DNA from: Lingula anatina
Lineage: Eukaryota; Animalia; Brachiopoda
DNA length: 64,000 nt
Reading direction: 5' to 3'
Assembly: GCA_051362555.1 (NCBI GenBank)
Contig: CM120640.1
Span: 4,030,001 to 4,094,000 of the forward strand
Part shown: piece by piece, positions 25,801 to 39,300 of the stretch
Layout of the letters: every line of letters begins with the position of its first letter
Position numbering within the stretch: position 1 is the stretch's first letter
Program-made: the position numbers and the translations under genes
The notes under the pieces: generated by a model
What the model was told of the DNA's origin: nothing
What the model saw: only the letters and a program-made list of their open reading frames with translations
The model's database searches: none

Positions 25801-27987
25801 TGACACCGAAACATTTTGCACGATTTATAGATGGATTGTGTGGCACTGTAAGTGTGAAGTCTATTTCAAATGGAAAATGAAGATGTAGCGATTTGTTTAC
25901 ACTATTAATCATTGCTAGAGTATCCTGATTCCTGTTCAGATAAAAGGTGCCTAGCCTACAGTGTACATATATCAAGCTCACCTGATTTTTGTCCTTCTAA
26001 ATAGTTATGTCTAAATATTCCCTTCTAAGAAAAGTGAAGGTTTCAGGTATGATTCACTATCCATCCAATATATTGCTATTTTCATAGATTGACTAAAAAC
26101 ATATTAAACAAACTGTTATCTCAGATTTTAATGAAAAAACTTTTGTTCAACTGTTATAACTCCCTGTAAGATGATAAAATCTGCCATACACCAAATTGAG
26201 GTCTTATTCTGCAGTTTTTTTTTACCCAAACAATGCTGTAAAGTTGTAATAATAATGGCTTCTCTAATGACTGACAAACTGTGGAATATAAAAGTGATAT
26301 TTTTACCACAAAACATTATTACATCACCAGTGAGATTGTGCACCACAGCTTTTAGAAAAAGCAAACGTGGATAATTTGTACTTTAATTTTGTTCATCATT
26401 TGACATGTTAACAGTGAGATTATGTCCCAGGTTAATGTTGCAGACATATTAAAATGTTTTGGTTTTGTATTTTAATATAATTGGACTGTTAAAGATAAAC
26501 ATTTGGGACATTACAAAAGGACAGAGGCACATTTTCCATGCACAAGGAGATTTAGGAATCACCATGAGAATAATAAGATAGTAGTTGCCATGGAATTTTC
26601 CGTGCTCATGCACCCAAGTAGTTTTCTTAGATCACTTGAATGGAGTCATCACTGATATAATGGCCACTGAATTGTTCATATCATGATCTGACATTTAATT
26701 TGAGCTGAATTTAATTGCTCAGTGGAGATGGAGAGAGAAATCCATTTGTTAGTGAAGCAATGAAGTGTGTGGAAAGTGGCAGACGGATATTTAAATAGAA
26801 GATATCTTTGCAGTGCACGGTCAGACCAAAGGGAAATTTTTCTCTCAATATTTTATCAAGATATACTCCTTGGAGAATTCTAGTTCACAGTTTCATGATA
26901 AGACCCTGCTGATATTTTTGGTTACAGTGATGATTTTACATTCAATATGATATTTCTTTATGGCAATTTGTATATTAGTACATTAGTGTAGAGAGAAATT
27001 ATTTACAGTTAGTTATACCATATATTTGCATGATATATGATATCTTATTCCCTCCTTTCTGCTGATTAACTTTTTTGGGTGACAGACAGATATTAATAAA
27101 CAACATGAGATGAAATGTCATTCAAAGTTTTTAAAAAACCTTTTAATATGTTTTGTTCTATTTCTGTGGTTTTGGATATACTGCTAAATAATGGTCTTTG
27201 TTGAAACTAATGGGCCTCGTCTGATTTTGTTGTCAGTTAATGCATTGCAACAGCTACCAGTCTTATTTAAAATAAAATAGAATTCACCATTTTAACAACA
27301 GGGATTTTGAAAATTAATCATAGAAATGTAAGATTTATGCTTATTTTGGTAGATTAGAGATGTGTCAGTGCTGGTAGAGCTACAAAAAACTTGTCAAACA
27401 GCGTGATTACCACTAAACTCAACTTAAAGATGTAAAGTGGGTTGATTTTTACGTGGAAAGTAGAATGATAAATTGGGACATTTGTCTGTCTGGAAAGCCA
27501 AAATAATTACACAGTCTAAGTTGTCTGATTCACCATGAGTGCAGTGCTATTACTTTTTGTACTAGATTTATTAATGAAATTCTCCATGCAAACAAAGGAG
27601 AAGGAGCCAGTTAACTGAGTACAATATCTTATGGTCATACAAAAGATGTGGTTTTTGTTGCTGTTTCCCTTTTTTTTCACAACAAAAGAGTCCTTTTCAG
27701 TTTCCTGTCTCACATAAATATATTCCATGTTTTACAATATTGTGTTTCAGGAAAATGCAAAGGTTAAATCAGTTCACAGCAGACTGCAAAATGGAAAATG
27801 TCAGTAATTGGATGGCCATATTGATGAGGTTGAAAATTAATGTCGTGCCTAATCATGATTCAATATTTTACTCACTGATTACTTTCTTGTTTTACAGGAA
27901 CATGCTTTTGAATCCAGTCAAAAATACAAAGAAGGCAAATACATCATAGAACTTGCACACATGATTAAAGACAATGGATGGGATTGA
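19874..27987 (+). CDS. YPEL: Yippee-like protein (YPEL1/2/3 class)
   Basis: Exons 19874-19978 ([35 protein letters not shown]), 21491-21534 ([14 protein letters not shown]), 25382-25490 ([36 protein letters not shown]), 27898-27987 ([29 protein letters not shown]). An in-frame upstream ATG at 19859 is possible. Missed by the ORF track. Confidence 0.97.
21972..22197. mobile_element. Probable MITE with a G-rich internal tract
   Basis: Imperfect TIR CAGGCCTGTA / TGCAGGCCT; G-runs at ~21985-22023. Confidence 0.45.
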
Positions 27988-30900
27988 GCTTTACAGTTCA
28001 AGATTTTCAAGATCTGCTTTTATTTCCAAGAATCACAGACAATTTGCTGTTGAAAGTGATACTATGTTGCCATGGTGATGGCTGAAGATTCCATAGGATC
28101 TAATTTTCACTTAAGGCATATATCATGTTACTGAGCATGTGAGGCTGATGTCTTCTTGCTGCATTAATGGCGTTTTCACCATGGCAAACATTATTTTTCA
28201 TACAAAACAAGAAGAAGGAGGATTATCCATTTTTTCATCTCATCACAGACATTATTCTGAACATGTTGATTGACTCAAGAGGAGCTCAACAAGGCACCAT
28301 CATTTCATTTTGAGCATTACACATTCATTTATAAGTGTTGTTAGACACAAACACACCTTTCGCCTTTGTTGTTAAGAGCCATGTATTGGCACTACATAAG
28401 AATGTATTGATCAGACTTTGTTTTTGCAACATGACTGCAAAACCTATAAGCAACAGAACCTGCATATAACATGTAGCTTTATTAGTTGGCTAGGTATTGA
28501 CTGTTGCTGGGTTCCAGGGAAATGTGTATACATGATGCAGTTTATTTTCGTCCACCTGTTGTTAAAGTGGAATCTACAGTTAAGGTTAACATGCATTTTG
28601 CTTGTTAATAACAATTAAAGAAAATTGTTATTTGGACCAAAAGTTTTTTTGAAGCCATTGCTTGCAATGGTTTAAGTTATGTTTTTGTATTATTTGGCCA
28701 ATTGTACCAATTATTTTAGGATGCCCTTGATCTGTCATCTCAAGTTTCCCTAGTTCCACATTAAGCTGTCAGGTTTTACCATTTAATAACATGTCTGGGG
28801 ATCTAACAAGCTAGATGAGGTAGAAGAACATTCCAGTAAGGTCAGGAAACTCAGAGAGCAAGAAAGGATACTTCCTGTACCTGAATACAGCACCAACCCT
28901 GTGCTGCAGCTAACAGCAAACTGCATACTTTGGTGCCAGTCCAAACTTTTTACCGATATTATTTGGAATCCAGGCATCTTTGAGCTTATTAACCTCAAAA
29001 AACACTAAACCAGTCAAATTTCTTTTATCGTTAAGTAATTTTCCCTTAAATTATTCTGTGAGCAATAATAAGTCTTGGCTCCATAAAACTGGTTCAGCAT
29101 GCTCATCTGTTCTTGTGGTAATAGGTAACCTCACAGGTGTGCATGCTTTACTGAGCTGTCAGCTGTCAGACTACCACCTGCAGGCGTTCTACCCTCACCT
29201 CCCCTGACCTCTGCTATCATATATACATGTATATGTATAGAACCCTGGTCTTTTCAGGCTTATTAGCTGATATTTTTATGGTTAAAAGGGTGTCTTCACT
29301 TAATTTCGCCATGCACATCGATCTTTTAATAAAAGGTCAGTTGTAATATTATAATGATGTGCTTTTCATGGTCAAATAGAAACTTACATCTGAAATGGTG
29401 TATCGTTTATTTTTTCACATAAGCACAATTATCAAGTTTTTACTCACTGAAATTTGCTACATTTTGTTAACGAATGAGACTTTTAACTACCATGTTGTTA
29501 AAATGAAGGGAAATCCTAACATGTCCCTTTAGATGTGTTTAGTTAAAATGCATGGACAGTGCTGCATTGTCAGCTGCACATTTAGTTTCAATCGCTCATG
29601 TAGCCAACGGAGCTTTGGGTGTGATTTAGTTCATGCACAAGTCGGTGGTAATTATGGATCAACTGAGTCTTTTGAATATTGATTTCATGTTGTTTTGTGG
29701 AACTGTGTTAGTTGCCTACAGTTTTTTACTGTTGTTATCTTACCTTTGGGTAATGGTTTTACGATATTGGTTTTGCTGCACTAGAAAACAGTGAATGCGT
29801 TGTGGAAAGGTAACGCCAGAACAAGATCTTATTTTAATTAGGTTCAGTGAGACATCGGTTTAAATAGCGTTTCAGCTGCAGGCGTAATGTAGTGAAAAAA
29901 AAAAGCAAAAAAGATCACTTATCATTCCTTGAGCAATATTGCTGGAAAGAAATGGACCGCTGGGTGTTAAACGTTGTTTTAAATCTACAGAGAGAGATCG
30001 ATATCATTGGTGACTGATATCGCACAGAGAGCAAGTGCGTTGCGGTGGTTGGCCGTTTCATTTATTGTGGCCAAGTGATGAAAGCCATTTCAAGCCGACT
30101 AAGCTCTGTTGAATGTGGTTAAGCTAAGTCACAGGTGATCTTATTGGTATGCCAAACACTATGCTACTACTGTAAATGAAAAATATTGCAAGTTGTTAGT
30201 ATTATGTAAATCGGAGTCTTCGTTTGAAATGATGATCTTACCTATTGCAAGATGCGTAATTTTCAGTTTCACACAGATAAACCAGACTTTTCAGCTTTGA
30301 TTTTGGACGTTGTGTGCTAACAAATATTGTGAGAGTTGATACCATGAATTTGACGCAAACTTGGCTTTATCATCCACAAACCTCTCATCTGCATTCATTG
30401 CAAGACTGGAGTTTTGATAAGTTTAAAAGAAGCAAAATTTCTGAAAATGTACTAGCGTCAGATATAAACATTCTCTGTTGTAACATTCATTTGATAAGTT
30501 ATTAATTTACAAATTATTCCTCGTCTATGAGAGGGGAAACGTATTTGGTTCGTCACCAGGTTAGGTATGTCAAGATTACTTTTTCATTTATCCATTGTGT
30601 CAAAATATATCGTAAAAATATATATATATTCTTATAGCGTGGATGTGACTGAGTGACTGTTGTAGTGAGTTATTTATTGTATTTGTGGAATCTCTTGTGT
30701 CTGGCGTCATTGAGGTAGGGGTGTTATTGACGTACTCAGCAGTACGCTATCATCATGTATTATTCTATACTGCGAGACGTGCTTACTGGAAAGTGTAATG
30801 ATGTATGCTATCACTTGCATGTACATGATGTTTATAATAAATGGCATATCGAAAACATCGTGTTTTTTCTGGAACGGATTTGAAAAAAAAGTAACGATAT

Positions 30901-32141
30901 TGGAATGTTTTGGAAAGCGTAGAAAACTTGTTCGTGAAAAGATGTCTCGCGCATTCCCCCCCCCCCTCCTCCGTCTTTAAATTGCTAGGATCCTGTGAGG
31001 ATTTAAGAATAGCATATTCTTGTGTCTAGGACTGGTGGCATAAGTATTCAATCAAATATTAGACGTAGAACAGTGGGACAAAGAGAACGGATATGATGGA
31101 AAAAAAGGCAATAAATTACCCGAAAATATCGAGTTGATACAGCCACTTTTCAACACAACTGGAAATGCGTGCTCTGAGACGTCGATATTCTCCTTCAGAT
31201 TTAAGGTAGTGGATACCGCCACGATAATTAGACTCCGTATTAATCTTATCGGTATTGGCATTATCCTTATTTGAATCTAATGATACTGCAGCTAAATGGC
31301 AACTTTCTGTTATTGTGATTTGATATTTTAATAATCTGGCATTCCTAGTCGATAAGCCCCGGTATTCAATCAACCTGACGTTCTTTCCAATAAAAAAATT
31401 AATTTGGGCTCACAAGATGTCTTGTCGGGCGTTTGTGAACTTTTTTTTTTTTGGTCTTCTTTGAAACTATTTTCATGTGATCCAAATATATCGATCAAAA
31501 TATATATATATAGGGAAAAAACGGGAAAAGGGTGTTATGAAGAGGTTTTGCGTCATAGAACCAAAGGCGTGTAACAAAGTTGCAGTAAATACCAAAAGTT
31601 GTGTAACTGATGAGCATTGCATGTCCTAAACACTAGCCATCTTTATACATTGAACTTAATTGGTTGTTTTGAAAACCACATAATTTAGGGACTCTATAAA
31701 GGCTTGATTAGAGATGGATTGAAAGCCAAAATACCAAAAAAAAATTGTCTTTAATAAGAATTGTTGTAATAAGAATAATAATGAAAACTTCTAGTGGAAT
31801 TGACAGCGGAGATCGAGCGAAACGTATTAAAAACGTAGTCAGAATCCGTTGTCTAGAGTGTTTCGCGCACGTGTTATCTGGCGTTAAAATTTCCGAGCAA
31901 AGCTAGTAGTGGTTAAGTCCAATACCATATCAGTCTAAAAGGTAATGGCTTAAACCCAATTATGCGACAGCTGAATGACTATCTTCTGTATGTTGTGATT
32001 TCGATATCTTGTATATTCCGACAGGCTCAGAACTCAAAAATGATTTCATTACCCATGTGGTATGCGATTGGCATCACTTTCATACTGAAAATAGTATTTG
32101 ATAGCGTGCGCGCACGCCTGCAAACACAAACATACACACTA

Positions 32142-32181
<40 letters not shown>

Positions 32182-33391
32182 CCTTACAATAGTTGCAAAC
32201 ATAATCTTTTCTGTTTATGGGCAGGGGGAAATCGTGAATACAGCAGTTTTGGTTGCTAAAGAAAATCCGCTTTTGCCTGATTACATTCAGTAAAAAATAT
32301 GAGGTACGTATTGGCTCTTGACATTATCAAAGCACAATGAATATCCGCTGAACGACACGTTGAACGTCTTCATTTTCAAATATCCATATGTATCGGAGGT
32401 TATTTGAACAATAAAGCATGTACGGAAATAGAAAAAAATGAAGAAACTGTGCATCGCCTCAGAAACTGAGGTTATTTGATACTGATCCAAACACGCCTTT
32501 GGATAGGTATACAAGTTTTTTTATAGTGAAGATAAAATTGAGCGTTAAAGGAAATTGTAGAAAACGCCCACTAATCGCTGCCTCTATCTTAAAACGGTAG
32601 GCCTATTTTGTTATGGTAATATGAAGCGTCTGTACTTATTTGCTGAGAAAAAAGGTACCTAAAAATAACACTCTTCTCTTATTGTACATATACTTAGTAA
32701 AAAATAATTCATAGACATCTCAAAATGATAAATTTTCTTACGTTTTCTTAGTTCGTTGGCTGTTCCCTTGTTTGTGGACCTGTCCTTTTCTCTCTTATAG
32801 GGCCTAATGCCATTTTCTTAATTATTTTCTTTCTAATTACAATCAGAATTAAAAATAAATAGGTAGTAGGCCAATTTATGACTCAAATACTGGGACTTAT
32901 TGTATGTTGGCTTATAAATGTAAAATATATCTGTCGACTTAAAATCCCATACAGCTCTTTTCTATTAGAGGTTCAAAAGACGGAGCGAAAGCGAGGCTGA
33001 GCGGCGAGAACTTGGAAAATGTTACAGATAGAAAAAGGTGATTGCAATATGTACGGGTATAATTTGAAATGAGCACTAATGGATAAATGAAGTGCACATT
33101 TTAATCGGCTTACCGCAGTTTTAAATCAAACTTTGTAATTCGTTTTGATTGTCACTGGCTAAGTTCAATGATGCAAATGTTGTAGATCCAATCTAAAGCA
33201 TTTTAAAGCATTCTAAAGCAGTTTAGATTAGATATGAAAGAGGGTGTCTCTAGATGGATTAAACATTAGCTGTGTGTTTGGCTTACCCAAGACTACCCCC
33301 TTCATATACTAGTTTAAAAAGTTATGTTTTACATTTTTGGGCCAGGTTTGGTTGAAGGAGAGTCCAATATCTGTTGAAAATCCGGACAGCA

Positions 33392-36300
33392 ATGGGAAAG
33401 TTAAAGAAAGATATGGTATGTATAATTGATAAAGAAAAGTTGATGTAGGTCAATATGATGGTATGAGATATAGAAAAGTAATGCTACAAATCAGTGTTTG
33501 CCTCTTAGGAAAATTAGGTGCTGGACCGAAAGTCCAGCCATCTTGAAAAGTAGCTAGACTGAATGTCTGCCGGGTGGGAAAACTTCTCAGTCCGTTCTGA
33601 AAGTTATCAGCCCCGGGCAGACGGTCCAGCGTTAATTTCTAACACTGCTACAAATAAACAATTTAGTCTAGAATGACATGGGTAGGGAGAATGAAAATAT
33701 TTGGGTGATGATTTGATTATTAAAAAATGTATGTAAATATATATAAAAAGTATTATTCTTATGTCACTTACTAGCAGTAGAGAATTGAATTTAGACGTTA
33801 TGTCATACGTACATGTACTTGTTTGTTTTAGTCTGTGAAGGAGGGCGCAAATCAGATGAAGATTTTGTCATTTTTCAAGGTATGTGTGTAATTGAACTAC
33901 AAATTTTAAAATTACATTTGCCCATATACTATCTTCACATTAGATAACATTTAACAATATTTAGTAAAATCTTTAAATAGTGTAATTGTGGCTGTGTCTC
34001 AATCTTTTCAATAGGGAAAATCCTTAAAAAATTATATACTGTAAAGCCTTCTTGGTGCTTTACTATAAAGAATAGAACTATTTGGTAGCCTCCTTTCAAT
34101 ATTGTCTCTACCCCTCAATAGAAGTGTGGTAATTTTGAGTATTTATGACTGAAAAAATATAGCATATCGGTAAAATTCACTATTTCCTCCATTGTCGTGT
34201 GTACAGTGCAACTTCAAGTTTGTATTTGCAACGGGTATTAATATTAATATCTGTAAGTAGAAAAAAAGAAGTAACATTAATCTTTTAGAAAGTAAATATT
34301 TTTTATTTTTTTAGCCTCCATCATCAGACCAGCCAAAATCTTTGTTCAGTGCAATAGGACAAGGTGACATGGCACCAAAGAGTAAACTGAAACTTAAGAA
34401 AAAAACTCAACCTGAGATTTCTGTAACCACACATGAGGAAAAGTCAGAAGTGGTTGATCTTTTTACTGAGTCCCTAGAGCAAAAGAACACACATGGTCAT
34501 CAAAGTCAGTTGATTATCCCTGAAACACAAGAGTTTACTTCTTTAGAATCACAAAGTGAGTGTGCCAGTGAAAATGAAGACAGGGTGGATATACATGGAG
34601 GTCAAGATGGAATCATACCTGATACACCTGAAGACCCACTGAAATCTGTTGCTTGTAAAAAGAAACCCCTACAGCGGAGCTTTTTAACACCTGTGTCAGT
34701 GCTCTCTGTTAAACCAAACAAGCAACAAAATAGTAAAATAAAAACTAAGCCCAAGAGTAGACCATCTAAATCTGTCGTTGATTTACCAAACTTGACTTCA
34801 CCCAACCCTGTCCCCAACTTCAGCATGGAGCAACCACAGAATACTGTAGACTGGAAGACAACAGTACCTGTAGACTTTGTACAACCAGTGCTGGGAGTCT
34901 CTGTTGACAGAAAACCACCACAGGGCAGTTCAAATAGGAGTAAACCCAAGGGAGTTTTTTCCTCTGCCAAGTCCCTGTCCCCATGGAAAAAGAATAGCAG
35001 CAAAGGAAGTACCAGTGGGAAAAGAAGATGGCTTAGCAAAGGGCAATCCCCTGACCCTAAGAGATTAGCAGGAGAAAATGGAAAAGAGATTGATGATAAA
35101 AAAGTAGAAAGTGTAAAGAAAGATCTGGATTTTGATTTACCCAAAAATAATGGTAGTCAGTCAGAACAGGGTGAAGTGCTTGACATTTCAGATGACTTTC
35201 TTGAGGAAATTTTGCATGAACTGCAGAGCCAAAATCCCAGCAAGCCAAAGCACAGCATCACAGAGATGACATCACATGGTTTGAAAGTAAAAAAGAAAAG
35301 AACACAAATAAAAATGGGCAATGATAAAACACAAGAAAGTGGTGATAAGAGTGGTTTTACTTCATTTGGGAATCCAACGTCAATTTCTAATAAGAATGAT
35401 GAGATTCTTGCTGAGGTGCTAGGGGAGTTGAACAGTGCATCAGAAATTTCTTTGAACAAAAAACCTGTGTCTGACAGTGCTGGGGATACAGTGATGACAG
35501 AAGAGCCTGAAATCACAGATTTCTTGTCTGGTAGTTGTGTTGACTCTGAAAGCTGTCAACACAGTGATGTCTCAAAAGGCATCCCAGAAATCGATTCTTT
35601 CAGCCAGGAAAAGGAAAAAAGTGTATCACAGGAAATGAAGATAGAAACTGTAGAATCACAGGAAGAAATGCTGCAATCTGATACAGATAATAGTTTCAAA
35701 CACCAGGAAGCACCTGCTGAGAATGATCATCCTGGATTGTCTGTATCATTTGGCAATGATTCCTGGATGTGTGATGTTGACTTTGATAACATTGCAGATG
35801 AAGAGCTGAGTAGAGGAATAAAACAATTAACACCATTTAAACAGAAAGGGAGGTACGTGGACTGAGTTTAGGATTGCTAATGATAAACTGATTTTACAGA
35901 CAAATTTTCTTTTTAATTCTGGTATCTTTATAAACTCAGTGAGAGGTGAGAATGTCTTCAGTCACTTTACTTGTCTTTTAGAATTTTTTGGATAAATAAA
36001 TATATTTAATTTGTTTTTTTTTATAAGGAAAAAAGATGAAGTTATAGACAGCAGAGCCCCTGCAGTTCAGTTTGGAAGACATCTGGTTCTGGCAGTCCAT
36101 CATGAAAGGTTATCAGTTTTATAAAACTAATTTCTGCACAGTTTTGATTTCTAAGTTAATTGTGAGTTCTCTAGACTTCCAAAAACATAACAAGCAAGCA
36201 CTCTTTTAATACATTGTAAAAGTCATAGGTAATTAAACTTTTTGTATATATTTGTGGGAAGACTCATGAGTCAGGGTTCATGGTACTTTGCCCTTTCATT

Positions 36301-39300
36301 TCAGAAATGAAGTTATTTTAGATGTAGAGTCAGCGTCTGGAAATCAGAGAAGGAAATGTGTTCTCTCTGGATTCTGGACAGATACATTGGTTCAACCAGG
36401 AGACATTGTCAATGTTCTTGGAGACTTTGATGACAGTGGGGTGTGTCATATTAGTGATAACCAGGGTCTCTTAGTCATCAATCCTGATGTACTGATATCT
36501 GGGACATCTGTAGTGGGAACAGTGTATTGTATGAGAAAGTGAGTGTTTGTCTACACAAAAAGTGTTTAATGTTAATCATATATCCTAACTTGTTTATCAG
36601 ATAGTTTGCATTGCTTGCTCTGTATGAAGATGAAGATTACAATATTATTTTGTGTTGATTTATTATTACTGGTACTTTAAAAATTAAAAATGATTTAACT
36701 GGATGATAGAAATATTCATGTTCTTTGCTGTCATTAAAGTTTTTCTCCTTTTTCAGAACACTGCTAAATGAAAAGTTTAGGGTAAGTGTGTGTGTTTTAT
36801 TTTGTCATTTAAAAGGAAAGTAAAACATTGAAAAGAAATCCAATGTTTATATATATGGCTTTTGGTCAGATTCAATCTTGAAAAAGTAAAAAAGGGAAGA
36901 AAAAACAATTGCAGTTGACCAGTAAGAATATCTCTCATGTACTTAAATAAACAATGTATCATTCCAGGGCTGTGACAGTGGCAATATGGCCATGCTCCAC
37001 GGGAGCATCATCCATGCCTTGTTCCAGGCTGTGGTACAGCAGAGGGCATTCAGCAAAGACAAGGTGGAGGCCATTGTGAAGGAAATTCTTCAGCAAAAGA
37101 AATTCCTCATTGAAATGTATGTTCAAACATATCCAGAATTCATTGATGAGTCACTGACATTTTTTTCTTGATTATATACATGAGATTACTTTGGATTTAG
37201 CACTTTATGTTAATGTGATAATTGTTTATCTTTTTGAAAATTTACCAGTCCAACATTTATTTCTTTTTCAAATTAGTTAAATATATTTTTCATTTTAATA
37301 TAATTTCAGTTTTATTTCATATGAAAATAAGTTTGTATTAATAAGTTTGTATTAGTTTGTATTTTATTATTATTATTTTTTTTGTGATAATCTTGAATTG
37401 AAACAAATGATGATTTTATGATAATTTTTTAATGATTAGAAAATTTATCCGTCTATACAAGGTATGGACAAGATGCCACAGAGGCAGTGGTGAGGGCTGA
37501 GATAGATAAATATATTCCTCCTATGTTGGCGTGGACTGAGAAATACATGCCTCCACCGGTACATAGTTTTGGTGCAAGGTAAGAGTATATTGTTCTTTTA
37601 ATTACAGTGGAGTCAAGGTTATACACGTCTAAGCAAGCATTAATTCTAATATTAAATATGAAAGTCCTTGTAATTTTTCCATGCCATTTTGGTGAATTGC
37701 ATGAATTTTGCATGCTGTTATTTCAAAGCAACTGATGCAATTATTTTACCAGTATACAATTTATTCTATAGAAGATGGCCTGTGTAAGTTACATTTTTGA
37801 AAAGGCTAAGCATATTTTATATTTTTGATTTCACTTCTCACACCAGACCGTCCACCTCTGATCTCCATGTTACCAAAGTGATGGACATTGAAGAAAACAT
37901 CTGGTCTCCAAGGTATGAAGAGAGAGAACTGGCTTTGAAACTGGAGTAGAATAATTGATGAATTAAAGTGAATTGTCAGCATTTGTTTGTTCAAATTTTA
38001 TTTTTCATAGATAGTTATAGATCGCTCACTCTGTCCTGACTTCAATAAATTTCAGATATGGGGTTAAAGGCAAAATTGATTTGACAGTGAAAGTAAAGGT
38101 AAAAGGCTTTTTTTTTCTTTTAAAGGGTTTGTTATTGCAGAATGCATGGCATAAATTATTAGATTAAGAAAGACTGGTACTTTTAGCTACTGTACTTTTA
38201 GCAGTTGATCTTTAGCTACTGTACTTTTAGCTGTTCATCTTAACTTAAATGGTAAAGCCTTATATGAGTGGCAGAAGTCACAAGTCATTTGGGAACTTAG
38301 TAATTTCTTTATGTTGCAGCAGATAAATGGCAAACAGAAATGTGAGAAAGTGATGCCATTAGAACTGAAGACTGGGAAACCATCCTTTTCAATAGAACAC
38401 CAAGGGCAGGTAATACTGAACAGAATATCCATTCAGTTGTATTTATAAGAAAAGTTATTAAATATATTATTGGACTTACACGTTACAATGAAGTCTTTAT
38501 GACTTGCTCTCGAAAAAAAAAAGGTTAAAATGTTTACAGTTGGCATAGATTAAAGGTAGCTCGTCTGCATTATCAATCAATTGTGTTTTTCTTCATTCAT
38601 TATTTTATATTTCCTTGTCATAATTGATGAAAAGATTGTATTGTTCAAGGTTTAAGCAGTGAAAAAACTAACCCTCACCCCTGAATATGCTGCATGCCAT
38701 TTTTAATTCAAGATTCACTTCATATTAACAAAACTCACACCTTTTGATAACTGTAAACTGCACATAACCAGAACACCTGGACTGGAAAACTTGTGTAGTT
38801 AATGAGAAGATGTGAGTTAGGTTTTGTTTCTCTGATAGCAGAAAAAAACTTTTTTTTTTTTTGAGAAAATACAAGTTATAAAGTGACAAGTTTATGCAGT
38901 CTATGGGACCATTCCCAGACCCTGTCATACTAACTGTAGATCTATCTGTCCCCCAGAGGATTTTGGCTAAATTGCAATCAACTTAAGTGGCTTATATATC
39001 TGGCACGCCTACTGAAGCTGTTAGGGGTAATTAATTATCGTTTAGCAGCTTAAGTAGGCGTGCAGACATAAAAGCTACTTAAGCTGAAAGCAATTTAGCG
39101 AGAAACCCCTTGGAGATGGATCAATCCTGGTAGATCGTTCCAGGTATGGGAACCCAGTCTATTATAGTTAATTTCTTAATAACAACTACTTGCCTTGTGG
39201 TCAGGTTACGTTGTATTCCCTGATGAGTTCAGACAGGAGAGAGGATCCTGGGGGAGGACTGCTGCTCTACTTGAAGGATGGCAGCATGAAGACTATTACA

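Noticed and set aside
33560-33630. Hammerhead ribozyme (CTGATAA on the minus strand)
   Set aside because: The core is not CUGANGA and no correctly placed GAAA/UH was found.
34602-35516. Long antisense ORFs over the large DNA2 exon (similarly over the CARD genes, HGH1 and TRAPPC11)
   Set aside because: Shadow frames of real coding exons with no independent motifs.
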